Shown: in pieces, positions 42,117-54,039 of the stretch | Numbering within the stretch: the stretch's first letter is position 1 | How the letters are laid out: the number at the start of each line of letters is the position of its first letter | Source: Octopus vulgaris | Lineage: Eukaryota | NCBI GenBank assembly: GCA_951406725.2 | Contig: OX597831.1 | Coordinates: 59,892,001 to 59,956,000 of the forward strand | Direction of reading: 5' to 3' | Length of the DNA stretch: 64,000 nucleotides | The notes under the pieces: generated by a model | The model's input: only the letters and a program-made list of their open reading frames with translations | What the model was told of the DNA's origin: nothing | Database searches by the model: none | Program-made: the position numbers and the translations under genes

Positions 42117-43539
42117 TCCTTCACAGAACTCTCGTCGATAGAATGATATCAGTGAAGCGCTTGTTTTTAAACATGAGATCACTGAGAGGTTCATATTATT
42201 CAAATATGTAATTAAATTTGCGTGTTGATAGTGCTTTAATTTAATTTCTTACAAAGATAAAGAATAATTTCAGAAATAATAATTAGCTCATCAGTATGTC
42301 GCATTGTTTCAAAATAAATTTGTATTGACTGACTTATAAAATATTGCATCATTCAACATTAAAATAATTAACATTGTTTCCTTTTTTTAGTTTCCTTTGT
42401 GAATATATGTCTTAAATTTTTTCCTTCAAACAGCATAATTAAAAAGATCTATGTTAGAATTATTTTAAGATATTTTAATACCGTTGTATACTTCATGTTT
42501 TCTATACCACAATCGAAAATTATGGGGCGAAAAGAGCAAGAATAAAAGAATATGAAAATTCATAAACACAACAACTTATCAAGAAAATGAAAATTTACCA
42601 ATGCATAAAACATTAGATTACTACCAGATTGGATTCAAGTAATTTTCAGCAATAAAGTAAGAATATTGTTAGAGACTACTATAGAAAATTTGATACCTTA
42701 GAATTATTTTCTGTTAACTTAGCGTTTTGAAATGATTAATAATGAAAGAGCTGCTAACATATTAAATTTTGGCGAAATTAGAATATATTTTCCATCGATT
42801 ACCGTAGCCAATGAAATTATTTAAAGTGAAATGCATTGCAAAGCCTTTATTTCATAAAGCAGAAAATCCAAAAATAAGTATGGCAAGTAAGGTAAACAGA
42901 AACATACAAGTATAACAACCCACACAAACTTACACACAAACGCACACAAAAACACAAATGTCTATATGGAGGACGAAACTCCTTATGCAAGTTAAGAAAA
43001 AAGGTAATATACCAAGCAACTATAGACCAACCACTTGCTTACCATTAGTGTGGAAGCTGTTAAGAGGAATGCTTTCAGAAAGCATTTACGATCCCCTTGG
43101 CAACCAAGGTTTACTCCCAGAAGAAAGAAACCGGGAAAGAAAATGGAACTTGTTGAAATGGCTTACACTTCAGCAAGTGTCGTTACGAATAAAGTCCTAT
43201 CGCTCTGTGCCGTTTTTACCGAGGCAGAGACAGTGTTTGTTAGAATACACACCAGTAACAAAACCAAAAAGTAGGAAGGTAGCGGCTGCAGACAGGAAAA
43301 CAGAATAAAATGTTGGGAGAAAATGTGTATGTAAGAATGCTTCAGAGAGTTTAAGAGGAGCAGTAGGCCGAAGCATATATTCCAGTCATTGACACTTTTG
43401 AGAATTATGCGCTGTTCGCAATGAGATAATGGGTCACTGTCACAATTTAATACAGAATGTAGTACGTTGATATAATTTAAACCACAGAATACATTCACTG
43501 GGATACTTGGATACACATTTGTTGAGAAATATCGTGGGC

Positions 43540-44565
43540 ACCTGTTTTACACAATGAGAAGAAGCAACAAAAGTAACTATGAAAAACAAAACAATGCTGC
43601 GGTCATGTTGTGTTACTACCTGAGCAAACCCGTAGGCGAAAATGGTGTTCATCTTAGGGTATACCGACAACGTATGTATGGTCAATGGAGAAAAAGAGGA
43701 GTGTTTCAACTCATGGAACACAGATTATATGATCAAGCTAGAGCAATAAGAAAAATTCGTTGGTTGACAGAAGTAGAGCTCAAAGTTATCAAAAGACGGG
43801 TATTGGAAAACAGCAGCAGAGGAAACGATAAAAATACAGTTCCTTATAAAAGTGATTTCATAGCAAAAACAAAATTGGTAAAATATTTAATACACCACAG
43901 GAAATGGACAGTGATAACTTGATCGATGAGAAACATATAGATTATTTGGTAAAACACAATAACTTAAATGGTGACATGACAGATGGTGAAAAGGCAGTCT
44001 ACGACAGAATAAAGGCAAAGTTACAGGATAAAGATAGCGACACTATTTGCAAACTTTAAAAGGTTGATCGGTGGAAGTTGAACCAAAAAGAAAGAAAAAC
44101 GTGAATGAAATTTTGAAATACACCAGCTCATAAAGTATCTTAGAAATAAATGATTTCAGCAGGTATTGTGGTTACAAACAATGTAGGTATTGCTGTCAAG
44201 AAAAAGAAATATAATGGTAGGGGGAAAAAGATCCATGATGGAAAGTGGAATAGAGCCCGGGAAAGATGTGCTCTCGGAGGACATTTCTGTGTTAGACCGG
44301 AAAGAAAAGGGGAGCATAAAAGGAATAAAAATACAGGGTAGAGAACGGGAAGTTTAATATTGAGAGAAAGAGCCTGAACGTGGTAATGAAGGAACTGTAA
44401 CAGCATCTCGTTACAAAGAAGGCAATGATGGTAAAACACGACCAAAGATTGAAGGGTTACCAGCAGAAATAGGTTTTTTAGAGTAGATCAGAAAGGATTC
44501 TACAGAGAAATAAATGGAGAGCGTACAGATGAATATTTGATAACAGATAACGTTGAAAGTAAAAG
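43540..44565 (+). mobile_element. 5' part of a decayed R4/Dong-like element (N-terminal DNA-binding region)
   Basis: ORF 43554: VMLCYYLSKP..YRQRMYGQW..RLYDQARAIRK..WLTEVEL, typical of the R4/Dong N-terminus. Downstream sequence is homologous to 15760-16360. Confidence 0.8.
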
Positions 44566-47500
44566 GCTATGGGTGTCTGGAGAACTACATTTTAAAATGA
44601 AATGTCATTTTAAAAATCTAAAATTTAGAGAAAAAGTATTGTCAGCACAAATGCAAATCGAGACAAGGAAAAAAATTGTTTCAATGGAAACAAATACTGT
44701 GAATACGAGACAACAGTTGGATACATGTAATGTATCACGAAAATTAACGATGATACATGGGGGAAAACAGGAAAGCCTATATTAGAAAAATCTTCGAAAT
44801 TTGCGTGTCGTGTTTCCGTGAAGCAATTGCAATTTCGTGGCGAAATGGTAAATGAGGTGACATTCTGTGGAAAAACATTGAAAGCCAAAGATCTTCAATT
44901 TAAAAATACGACCAAACTATTTGGCACAGACTGGATCGAACTATTTAATTTATAGGACCTCCCCATAGATATTTTTTGTAATAATGTAAATAGGTCTTAT
45001 GCCAGTTCAAATAAGCTGTCGGGGCATTCGCAAAAGAAAAGTTTTCTGACGTTTTTTCTGAAGAATTAGGTAGGTGTAGCAACAATAGTAAAATTTCAAG
45101 CGAAATATAACGTTTTACTAGTATTTAAACCGAAGCCAGCTATACCTTTCGCAGTGTTGAATCAAGTCAGCAAGGAATTTGATAGAATTGAAAAGCTTGG
45201 AGTTATAGAAAAAATTGATTATCCAGAATGAGCCTCATCAGCTGCTTTTGCGCTGATTTTTCGACAGGCTTCAACGAATATTTGATGACTTGTAATTACC
45301 TATTACCAAGTTCGGGGAAAATATTTGTGAAACTCAGCGGAGTAAATTTATTTCAAAGTTGGATTTGTCGGAGGCATATTTAAAGTTAGAAGTCAAGGAG
45401 GAATGTTGGAAATTATTAAAGGTTTATATAAAGGTTTATATAAATCCAATCGATTTCATTTTGGGATAAAAGTGGCACCTAATTTTTTCTAATATTTTCA
45501 GGTGATAGACATTGTGTGCGGACACGGATTTCGTTATAGCTTACTTGCATGACATACTAATACAAAGTGAGTTTCCATGCCAGCATAAGGCACATATTAT
45601 AAAATGTTTTTGAAAGCTTCGAGCAGTATGGATTTAGATTAGCGAAGGATAATGCGAATTTTTTTCCTGGGCAAGTTATCAATAAAAGTTATCGCAGAAC
45701 AGATCCTTCAAGATCGACTACAATAAAATATATGACCCCCCCATCAAAAAATATTACAACGTTATAAGCGATCTTGCGACTCGCAAACTATTACCAAAGG
45801 TATATACCGAATATGCATGTGCTAAGGACAAACCTAAAGATGTTATTGAAAAAAGATGTTAAATGTTATTGGTCGGTCAGGTGCCAAAAGACGTTCGAGA
45901 AATTTATAAAGTGTTAACATTGGTACTATCATTATGGCACTTTGATCCACATTTTAAAATAGTTGTAGCGTCAGACGCTAGTGAATGTGGTATAGGATCG
46001 GTAATTTTACATAGGTATGAAAATGATAGCGTAAAACCCATCGATCATGTTTCACTTTCATTGTTGCGGCTGAAACAAACTACAGCCAAATTGGGGAGGC
46101 ATTAGCCATTTTTGGCGGTGAAAAGATTTCATAAATTCATATATGTAAAGAAATACCACCCCTTATCAATTTACGGATCGTAAAAGGAATCTCCCCACAC
46201 ACAGCCAACCAACTACAGCGTCGGTAGACGATCCTTCTAAAGTATTATTATGAGATGAAATTTCTACCATCGAAAAAACTCGTATATGCAGATAGGCTGT
46301 CAAGGTTGATACCTAAAAAAAATAAACCGTTAGAAGCGGCATTAAAAGCTGAAATCGAAAAAACAAAAATATACACTGCAACATAGCACGCGAACTACCT
46401 GTCACTTTAGAGAAAATATAAAAATTTAAGCAGAAAAGGATGAAAAAAAAATAGTGAAGTCAGAAACAAATACAAAAACTCATGTAGTCGAGCGTAACAT
46501 AGTTTCGAATTGGTATTCGATATGTGATGACGTACTTATGTATGCTCAGAGGGTAATAATACTTGTTCCTTTGAAAAATCGTATGCTAAAAGAATTCCAC
46601 ATGGGACATCCACAAATAGCGAGAATGAAAACATGATGAGGAGCTGTGTTTACTGGCCGTATATGGATCAGAATATAGAAATATTAGTGAAAGTCTGCAG
46701 GGGTTGTGTCCTGGCAGTAAAAGCACTACCTATAAAATCCAGCCATGACACTAGCCTGACATACCTTAGTCCAGATTACGCATAGATTTCGCATGACCGT
46801 GAAATGCAGGAAATTATCTAATAGTAGTGGATAGGTACATGAAATGGCCCGAAATATGTTATTTAGGAAATCAACTTCCAAAGTAACAATGGAATTTCTG
46901 GTCGAGCTTTTCGTGCAATATGCCCTCCCGGACACTATAGTGTCTGATATCGGAACACAGTTCACGTCGAAAGGATTTTAAGACTATTGCAAAATGCATG
47001 CAATGGAACATATTACTATTCCGGCAGCATGCCATCCGAGATCGAATTGACTAGCAGGATGTTTTGTAAACACCTTTAAGAGAATACTGTAAAAATATTG
47101 TAATAAGCTACTAGCTGATATTTCTTTGACGCAATTCTTAAGCGTTTACCGAATAACTCCTAACCCGAACGCCACTTCCGGTGTGTCGACGGCTGAAGTA
47201 ATCTTGACCAAGGAAAGTCTGTCAGTGTTTGACTAATTACTACCGGGAATAAAAGAAAAACACGGAAACACCAAAACTAAAATAAAATACTTTAAAATCG
47301 GTAACAGCGTTTTTTAAATATACAGAAATTGAAACAAAAGTTGGGAAGAGGTAAACGTTTGGGTAAAATAACGTAAATGGTCGGAACACAAAATACATTG
47401 AAACCAACTGTAAAAGGTTTACGGAAGAAAGAATAAGATGTGAAGGACCAATGGATTTCCGTTATAATATTTTTCATGTCCCGGTTACCTCAAGAAATAG

Positions 47501-47940
47501 TCGAACCAAAGGAAAAGAACTAGGAAAAGAAACCAAACAGAACTTTTGCAAGCAGAGACAAAATGGAAAAAATATTTCAATTTCTTCTCGAGGAATTAAG
47601 ACGAAAAAAGTGAGGTAGAGATGGTAATATATATATTATAAATAAAAGAAAAATATTGACTCCCAAGGAAAGTGTAGCTGAAAAAAAGGGAGAAGCTGCG
47701 GTGAAATACTGACACCCCTGTGGGATAGCAAGTATGCTGTGACCAAAACTTTATAAAGGCGCATGTGTACTGACAGCGCGACCTACAATGTGGTGCGTGC
47801 AGTCACATTTGTGAAGGCAGTCGTAGAAGACCTTGAGAAGAAACATAAGTTTGTTACGTGTTTGTTACTGATTCAGTTTTTGTAGTGTTATAACACTGTT
47901 ACAGTGTAGTCTATATCCAAACTCAAGGGTATAATAACTA
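44566..47940 (+). mobile_element. Decayed Gypsy (Mag-like) LTR retrotransposon lacking its 5' LTR; 3' LTR ~47622-47937
   Basis: Gag knuckle relic (YGC..GELHFK..CHFKN), protease LFGTDWI, RT (CADFSTG, SKLDLSEAYL, FGIKVAP, AYLHDILI), RNase H (VVASDASECGIGSV), integrase (EFHMGHP..YWP..C.GC, PDTIVSD.GTQFTS, HPRSN). A polypurine tract at ~47604-47621 precedes TG. Confidence 0.88.
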
Positions 47941-49095
47941 TCAATGATAATGTCAATGCAGTATGATTAATGAAAGTGAGGAAAGTATTATCGAGTGAGA
48001 AGCAGCCAGATCGAAGATAAGTAACTGCATAAATGCAGTTTTCGGAAAAATTCTGAATTTGAAGGACCCAGGACCAGATTTATTTCAAGGGTACTGACTA
48101 AAGAGATTACGCAATTTACTTGTGAGGCTGAGGGAATAAATTCAGGATTGCCTTAATTGAGAAATAATAGAAATTGAATGTCTATATGGAGGACGAAACT
48201 CTTTATGCAAGTTAAGAAAAAATTTAATATACCAAGCAACTATAGACCAACCACTTACCATTAGTGTGGAAGCTGTTAAGAGGAATGCTTTCAGAAAGCA
48301 TTTACGATCCCCTTGGCAACCAAGGTTTACTCCCAGAAGAAAAGAAATGCTGCAGAAAGAAGGCTAGAGGAACATATGATCTAATATTTATAGACAAAGC
48401 AGTTCTAAATGAGGTAAAACCGGGAAAGAAAATCTTATATTAGGATGGATAGATCATAGGAGAACCTATGACACGATCCGTTACTCATCGATAAGTGAAC
48501 GATTGAGTATATTCAGTATACCAAACAACAAAGCAGGATTAATTAGCTGAAGCATGAAGAAATGGAATGTAGATCTCTACTCAGGCGACACAGTCTGTAG
48601 TATTAAAGGTGGCAAAGACAGGGTGTTAATTCAGAGACAGTAAGGAAAAAATTAACCATTTGCACTACATGAATGATCGGAAGCCTTTTAGAAAAAATGA
48701 AAAATAGATAGATTCCATAATAAAGACTGTAAGACCCTTCAGCAAATATATATCAGGGAATTTGGTATATATATATATATATATATAGGTGAAATAGTAC
48801 TCATGAGAAAGTGACAGGCAGTCAACTGCGAAGGCATCCGTTTACCAGACATTAAAATCATTGAAAGGGGGAGAGAGCTATAAGTGTCTATAAATATTGG
48901 AATCTGACAGAGTACTAACTACAGAAATGAAAACGATAATTGAGAAGCAGTACACGAAAAGTGTGGAGATGCTAATGAAATCAAATCTAAAGTGTCCGAG
49001 TGTAGCGAATGCTGTAAATACTTGGGCAGTATCATTCTTTAGATACTCAGCAGCTTTTGTAGATTGGGCAAAAACTGAATTAGCAAAGCCGAATT
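47941..49095 (+). mobile_element. Continuation of the Dong-like element (RT region) after the Gypsy insertion
   Basis: PGPDLFQGY, SNYRPT..PLVWKLL, DLIFIDKAVL.EVK, HLHYMND.K.F, AVNTWAVSFFRYSAAFVDW. Confidence 0.82.
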
Positions 49096-50042
49096 ATGTT
49101 AGAATCATTAATACGCATATAGTATTTCTTCCATTATTTTACTCTCTAAATTGAAATCAGATATGTTCTTTCCTTAATTTGCTCAATTCAGTTTTCTCGG
49201 ATGGAAAATTTTGAATCATAATTACGTGTGGAAACAATATAATAAACTAATACTTATTCCTTAAATGTGAGCCTTTTGCCTATTCACAACGCTACTTCAA
49301 TATTTGCGTCTTGTTATGGGTACGCCTGAGTGGAGTAGGCAGACAAATTAAAATAACTCTATCGGGAGCGTACATGTCAAACGAAGAAGAATTCGTTCAC
49401 ACAGAAAATAATATAATTGTAAATCATCGATATCAGCCATCTTAAGTACACAGCTACACTAAGATCTTGGAAGAGATATCGTTAGTGCAGGCGACAAATA
49501 TCATTTAAATCACCATAAAATGTCACCATTCATTCTTGTATAGCAAACACGTCACATCGAATTATATAATCAGGACAAAAAAAGAATCTAAACACTGATA
49601 TTCTAAGCGTGAGAATGACTTTTACTATTGGCTTGTTGGATAAATTGCATTAAAAAAGTTGCAGTTGTCATGTGTAAACTTGTTATTTCAAGTTTAGTTG
49701 AAAACTTTTGCAAAATTCAGCACCGAAAGCGTCAATATGTTTCATTAACATTGCAGAAAGGGAGAAGAAGAGGAGAAAGTATTTTCTTCTTTATTTTGTT
49801 TCTGCAACACTTTTAATTAATTTGAAAATATCTTCAAAATACGTCTTACTTCTGATTTCATTACCAATCAGTTTTGTTCTATACTTAATCTGCTTTCAGC
49901 TTATTTTCTTAGCAGAGATTTCACATATATCTAATTTGCCATCTTTTATCAGTTGCATACTATTACTTCTCACTTAATTCCTGTCGAATGGTATTTTCAA
50001 GGTTTCTGTAGAATATATGGCAAATTGCATGATTACGTACTA

Positions 50043-50116
<74 letters not shown>

Positions 50117-50171
50117 ATCTATCAATCAATCTATCTATCTATCTACCTATCTATATAAATATGTATATACC

Positions 50172-50204
<33 letters not shown>

Positions 50205-50256
50205 GTATGTATTTATGTATGTATGTATATGTACATATATATGTATCTCTCTCTCT

Positions 50257-50466
50257 GTATATACATTTCTCGCGGGGCGATAAGTAAAAATCTGCGATGT
50301 AGAAAATTCACTCTAGTGTATATTCTTTTTTAATTATTTTATAATTTGGATAAATTTACCTTATAATAAATGCTAAACAGCACCACAGAAAAATCGACGT
50401 AAGCGTAGATAATTAAACCGCGATATATGAACAGCAAAAGCTAAACAGCGATATGGCGAGGGATTA

Positions 50467-50471
<5 letters not shown>
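50257..50471. mobile_element. Decayed pogo/Tigger-like MITE
   Basis: The 3' end CGAGGGATTACTG+TA is the reverse complement of a Tigger-like TIR (TA-CAGTAATCCCTCG). The left TIR is not recognisable. Confidence 0.45.
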
Positions 50472-50515
<44 letters not shown>

Positions 50516-50797
50516 AATCAGTAGTAGATATATTCAGGCGCGAATATTTATATAGACTTTGATAGTATCTATATGAGCAGTATAGAGTTATATAATTAAA
50601 CTTAACTTAGTCACAAGGGCACATAAATGTGTCATCTCACATACCTATATAGCATAAAGCTATATATTTAATGGTACAGGTATATATGTGGATCGCTTTC
50701 TGGTTTGATACAAAACTCTTACCGTTCTCAGCATATCTTAACCCTTTGAAAGTGTAGACACCTTAATGTGCCCTTATGATTAATATAATTTTAATTC

Positions 50798-50864
<67 letters not shown>

Positions 50865-50949
50865 TTACTTTGATACTTTGATAGGTTTCGGCCATTATTG
50901 GCCCAGGCCATGTCTAACTTAATAGCACCACCTGGTGAAGTCTTTCAAG

Positions 50950-53900
50950 TCAGAATTTGGGCACTATGGCCCACTCAAGTAGAGAGTTGTTATTGTTTAC
51001 AGAGACATACCCGGGTGTAGGGGGTTTATCCGGGATTTCTTGAAGGAATCTGTCCAAAGACTTCTTGAACCCTATAGGGTCAGTTTCTGTTTTAATGTGT
51101 TTTGGTGTAATGTTAAAGAGAGCGGGGCCAATTGAGGTGAAATAATTGTGCCGTATTGTTGTTATGAGATGAGAGTGCGATTTTTGTTTTGGGCGGATGG
51201 CACGGGGTCCAAGCCCTGGATGTACCTTAAAGGTGATGCCAACATCATTTGGGCATTGCTGATGGAATATTTTCCACATCATGCAGATGATGTAGCGCTC
51301 ACGACGACGTTGGAGAGAATAGAGTTTTAGCTTTTCTAGTCGACCCCAATAGTCGAGGCCTGTCATGCCATCTATCTTTTTTGTGATTGCCCTTTGAGGT
51401 GCTTCAACTTTTATGATACCTTGTATTGTGTGGGGAGACCACAGTGGACAACAGTATTCAAGGTGGGGTCGGGCAAAAGTGGAGAAGAGAAGGATAATGG
51501 TGTGGATATCTCTCGACTGGAAAGTTCTGAGAATCCAGGAACACATTCTGCGGGCCATGTCAACTTTGGTGTTTATATGAGTGGCCCAGCTTACGTTGTT
51601 GTCCACAATTACTCCCAAGTCTCTGATGTTGTTGGACGCCGCGAGGGTTTCACCTGAAGGAAGGGAGTATGGGAGTTTCAGGGCATCCTGAAATTTATCC
51701 TCGTTCAGCAGCATATTGTTTTTTTCTGCCCATTGGATAACAGCCAGTAGATCTGACTGAAGGCATGTCCGGTCACTCGCCTCATTTATGACCTTCTGTA
51801 GCTTGGAGTCATCTGCAAAGATTTTTATCTTGCTGTGCTTGATGATGTCATTAATGTCATTAATGTAAATGAAAAGAAGTGGGCCCAGCACAGTGCCTTG
51901 CGGAACGCCACTACTGACTTTGGCTGGGCTTGATTTTACCCCTTCAACTACAACATGTTGAGATCTGTCTGTCAGGAAACACGTAATCCATTTCAGTAAC
52001 TTTCCAGAGACACCAATGTTGGATAGTTTTTTCAATAGGATCTTGTGATCGACCCTGTCGAAGGCCTTACTGAAATCAAGGTAGATGACATCGGTGTTGG
52101 AGCCCTCTCCCAAAGCTCTCAAAATGTCCTCAAAGTGATGCAGGAGCTGCGTTAGGCAGTCCCTTCCATTACGGAACCCATGTTGGTTGGAGATCAGCCG
52201 TCTGTTGCTTTCCAGAAATTGGGTTATTCGAGATCTCACCACCCTCTCAAATACCTTGATGATATGAGAGGTGAGTGAGATCGGACGGTAATTCACTGCA
52301 AGGGACTTGTTTCCCTTTTTGAAAACTGGGACAACAGACTGGGACAGAAGGTTTTTTGGAATATAGCCAGCATCCAGTGAGTTTCTCCACAGATTAGCAA
52401 GGGGAGATGCAAGTTGGTGTCGACACACCTTCAGGACACAAGCAGGGAACATATCGGGGCCTACTGCTGAATTGTGTTTTATTTCGTTTATCGCCGCTAA
52501 GACATCAGGGGCACTAAACGTTATGTCCGATATAGTGTGCTGGGGGTTGACATCACTGATACAGCCCAGATCGGCCATATCAGGATTGCTGAAAACAGAG
52601 CAGTATTGTTTCTGCAGTATCTCGGCCATGGATTTGGCATTATCTTGGAGAGTGCCAGTTTCGTCAATTAGAAGGCCTACAGTGGAGACAGTGACCCTGC
52701 GTTTCCTCGCAAATGAAAAGAACACTTTGGGGTTGAGTTTGATTTTTTCAATGGCCCACTTCTCCTCAGCTGATCTTTGGTTATTGATGAGGGTCTTCAT
52801 GCATTGTTGGAGGTTATATTTTCTGGATTCAAGCAGTGCGATAGCCGTCGAATGTGTGTGTTGCTGTTGGCAGTACTTTAGTTTGTTAATTTTTTTGTTT
52901 GTTCTTTTTATTTTTCTGATAATGGTTTTTCTGTTTTGGGGGATTCTGCACTTTTTGTTCACAGGTCTTGGTGGGGAGTGTTTTGCACATATGTCTGTGA
53001 CGGTGTCTACAAAGATCTGCCAAGATGTTTTATGGTTGGTGGAGATGTGTGTATGTGTAAAGGACCAGTCAACATTTGATAGCTCGTTCCTGATTGCATC
53101 CCAGTTGGCTTTATGGAGATCCATGTTGTCAAATGGGTGGGCTGGAGGAAGGTCACTAGGATTAGCTTTCGGCTGGTGGAATTTCATGTTACAGAGAACC
53201 ATGTCATGGTCTGAAAGAAGGGTTTTTTCCACTGTAACGTTATGTATAGTGTTAGTGTGGTTACTAAACACTAGGTCCAAAATGTTCTGATGTCTTGTTG
53301 GTGCAAGGACAAGTTGGGACAAGAAAAACTCATTCGTAAAGTCGAAAAGTGACTCTGCTGCTTCTTTGTCAGCGGTTGAGGCGGGAGTGCTTGGTTTCAA
53401 ACAGTTTGTAGTCCAGTCAACACAGGGTAGATTGAAGTCTCCCATCATGAGTATGTTGCTAGAATGGCACTGTTGAATAAAGCACTTAATGCTGTTGAGG
53501 CATTCTTTAAAGCACAGTATGGGTGTTTGGGGCGGCCTATAGAGCCCAATTACTGTCAGGTCATTGGCTTTGTTGTGCACGGTGACTGATTCACAGTAGC
53601 CGTTGGAGAATATACTATTTCCATCTGCCGTAAATGAATCATGCAGGAAAATGGCAGTTCCACCCTTCCTCCTGCCGATACGATCCGCGCGGATGGTTGT
53701 GAAATTCTTCACTCTCACTTCGGCTTCCAAGTGGGAGTTGTCAAGGTGGGTCTCAGTGAGAATGAAGAAAGGGATGTGGTGTGAATGGTTACCAACCCAG
53801 TCTTCAATGAATTGGACCTTCCATTTTTGTGCATTGATGGAAGGGCTGACACCTTGTGCATTGAGTAGGAATGTGGAGGTTAGTGTAGTGGCTGGTTTTG

Positions 53901-53997
53901 ACTGTTGCAGGGGGCTTGGATTTTTGTGTGTGTTAGTGGCAGCAATGTGGGGAATTGGTGCACTGGGGTAATAGCATAGGATGGTGTTGAGTGATGG
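50950..53997 (-). CDS. LINE ORF2: apurinic-like endonuclease + reverse transcriptase
   Basis: The frame is open from 53997, upstream of the track's TTG at 53730, and includes APE motifs LNAQG, LTETHL, GGTAIF, YRPP, GDFNLP, LDLVF and SDH. RT motifs: NYRPISLTS, QHGFR, YLDFSKAFD, GVPQGTVLGP, FADD. Small in-frame deletions appear likely (GPLLF-IYIND; KFQDALK). Confidence 0.93.
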   Translation of the reverse strand, partial: PSLNTILCYYPSAPIPHIAATNTHKNPSPLQQSKPATTLTSTFLLNAQGVSPSINAQKWKVQFIEDWVGNHSHHIPFFILTETHLDNSHLEAEVRVKNFTTIRADRIGRRKGGTAIFLHDSFTADGNSIFSNGYCESVTVHNKANDLTVIGLYRPPQTPILCFKECLNSIKCFIQQCHSSNILMMGDFNLPCVDWTTNCLKPSTPASTADKEAAESLFDFTNEFFLSQLVLAPTRHQNILDLVFSNHTNTIHNVTVEKTLLSDHDMVLCNMKFHQPKANPSDLPPAHPFDNMDLHKANWDAIRNELSNVDWSFTHTHISTNHKTSWQIFVDTVTDICAKHSPPRPVNKKCRIPQNRKTIIRKIKRTNKKINKLKYCQQQHTHSTAIALLESRKYNLQQCMKTLINNQRSAEEKWAIEKIKLNPKVFFSFARKRRVTVSTVGLLIDETGTLQDNAKSMAEILQKQYCSVFSNPDMADLGCISDVNPQHTISDITFSAPDVLAAINEIKHNSAVGPDMFPACVLKVCRHQLASPLANLWRNSLDAGYIPKNLLSQSVVPVFKKGNKSLAVNYRPISLTSHIIKVFERVVRSRITQFLESNRRLISNQHGFRNGRDCLTQLLHHFEDILRALGEGSNTDVIYLDFSKAFDRVDHKILLKKLSNIGVSGKLLKWITCFLTDRSQHVVVEGVKSSPAKVSSGVPQGTVLGPLLFIYINDINDIIKHSKIKIFADDSKLQKVINEASDRTCLQSDLLAVIQWAEKNNMLLNEDKFQDALKLPYSLPSGETLAASNNIRDLGVIVDNNVSWATHINTKVDMARRMCSWILRTFQSRDIHTIILLFSTFARPHLEYCCPLWSPHTIQGIIKVEAPQRAITKKIDGMTGLDYWGRLEKLKLYSLQRRRERYIICMMWKIFHQQCPNDVGITFKVHPGLGPRAIRPKQKSHSHLITTIRHNYFTSIGPALFNITPKHIKTETDPIGFKKSLDRFLQEIPDKPPTPGYVSVNNNNSLLEWAIVPKF

Positions 53998-54039
53998 CTA
54001 GAATGTTTTTGTGTATCTCTTTTGCCATGTTCAACATGG

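Noticed and set aside
44583-47940. AACTA on both sides of the Gypsy as a 5-bp TSD
   Set aside because: The left copy lies inside gag-like sequence and the 5' LTR is absent, so the match is probably chance.
50880-50912. GGCC-AATAAT-GGCC-GAAAC in the LINE 3' UTR resembling hammerhead stem II + GAAA
   Set aside because: No CUGANGA core. Better explained as the usual LINE 3' stem-loop.
52472-53290. 272-aa plus-strand ORF (also 53603-53971)
   Set aside because: Antisense shadow of LINE ORF2, with no independent motifs.
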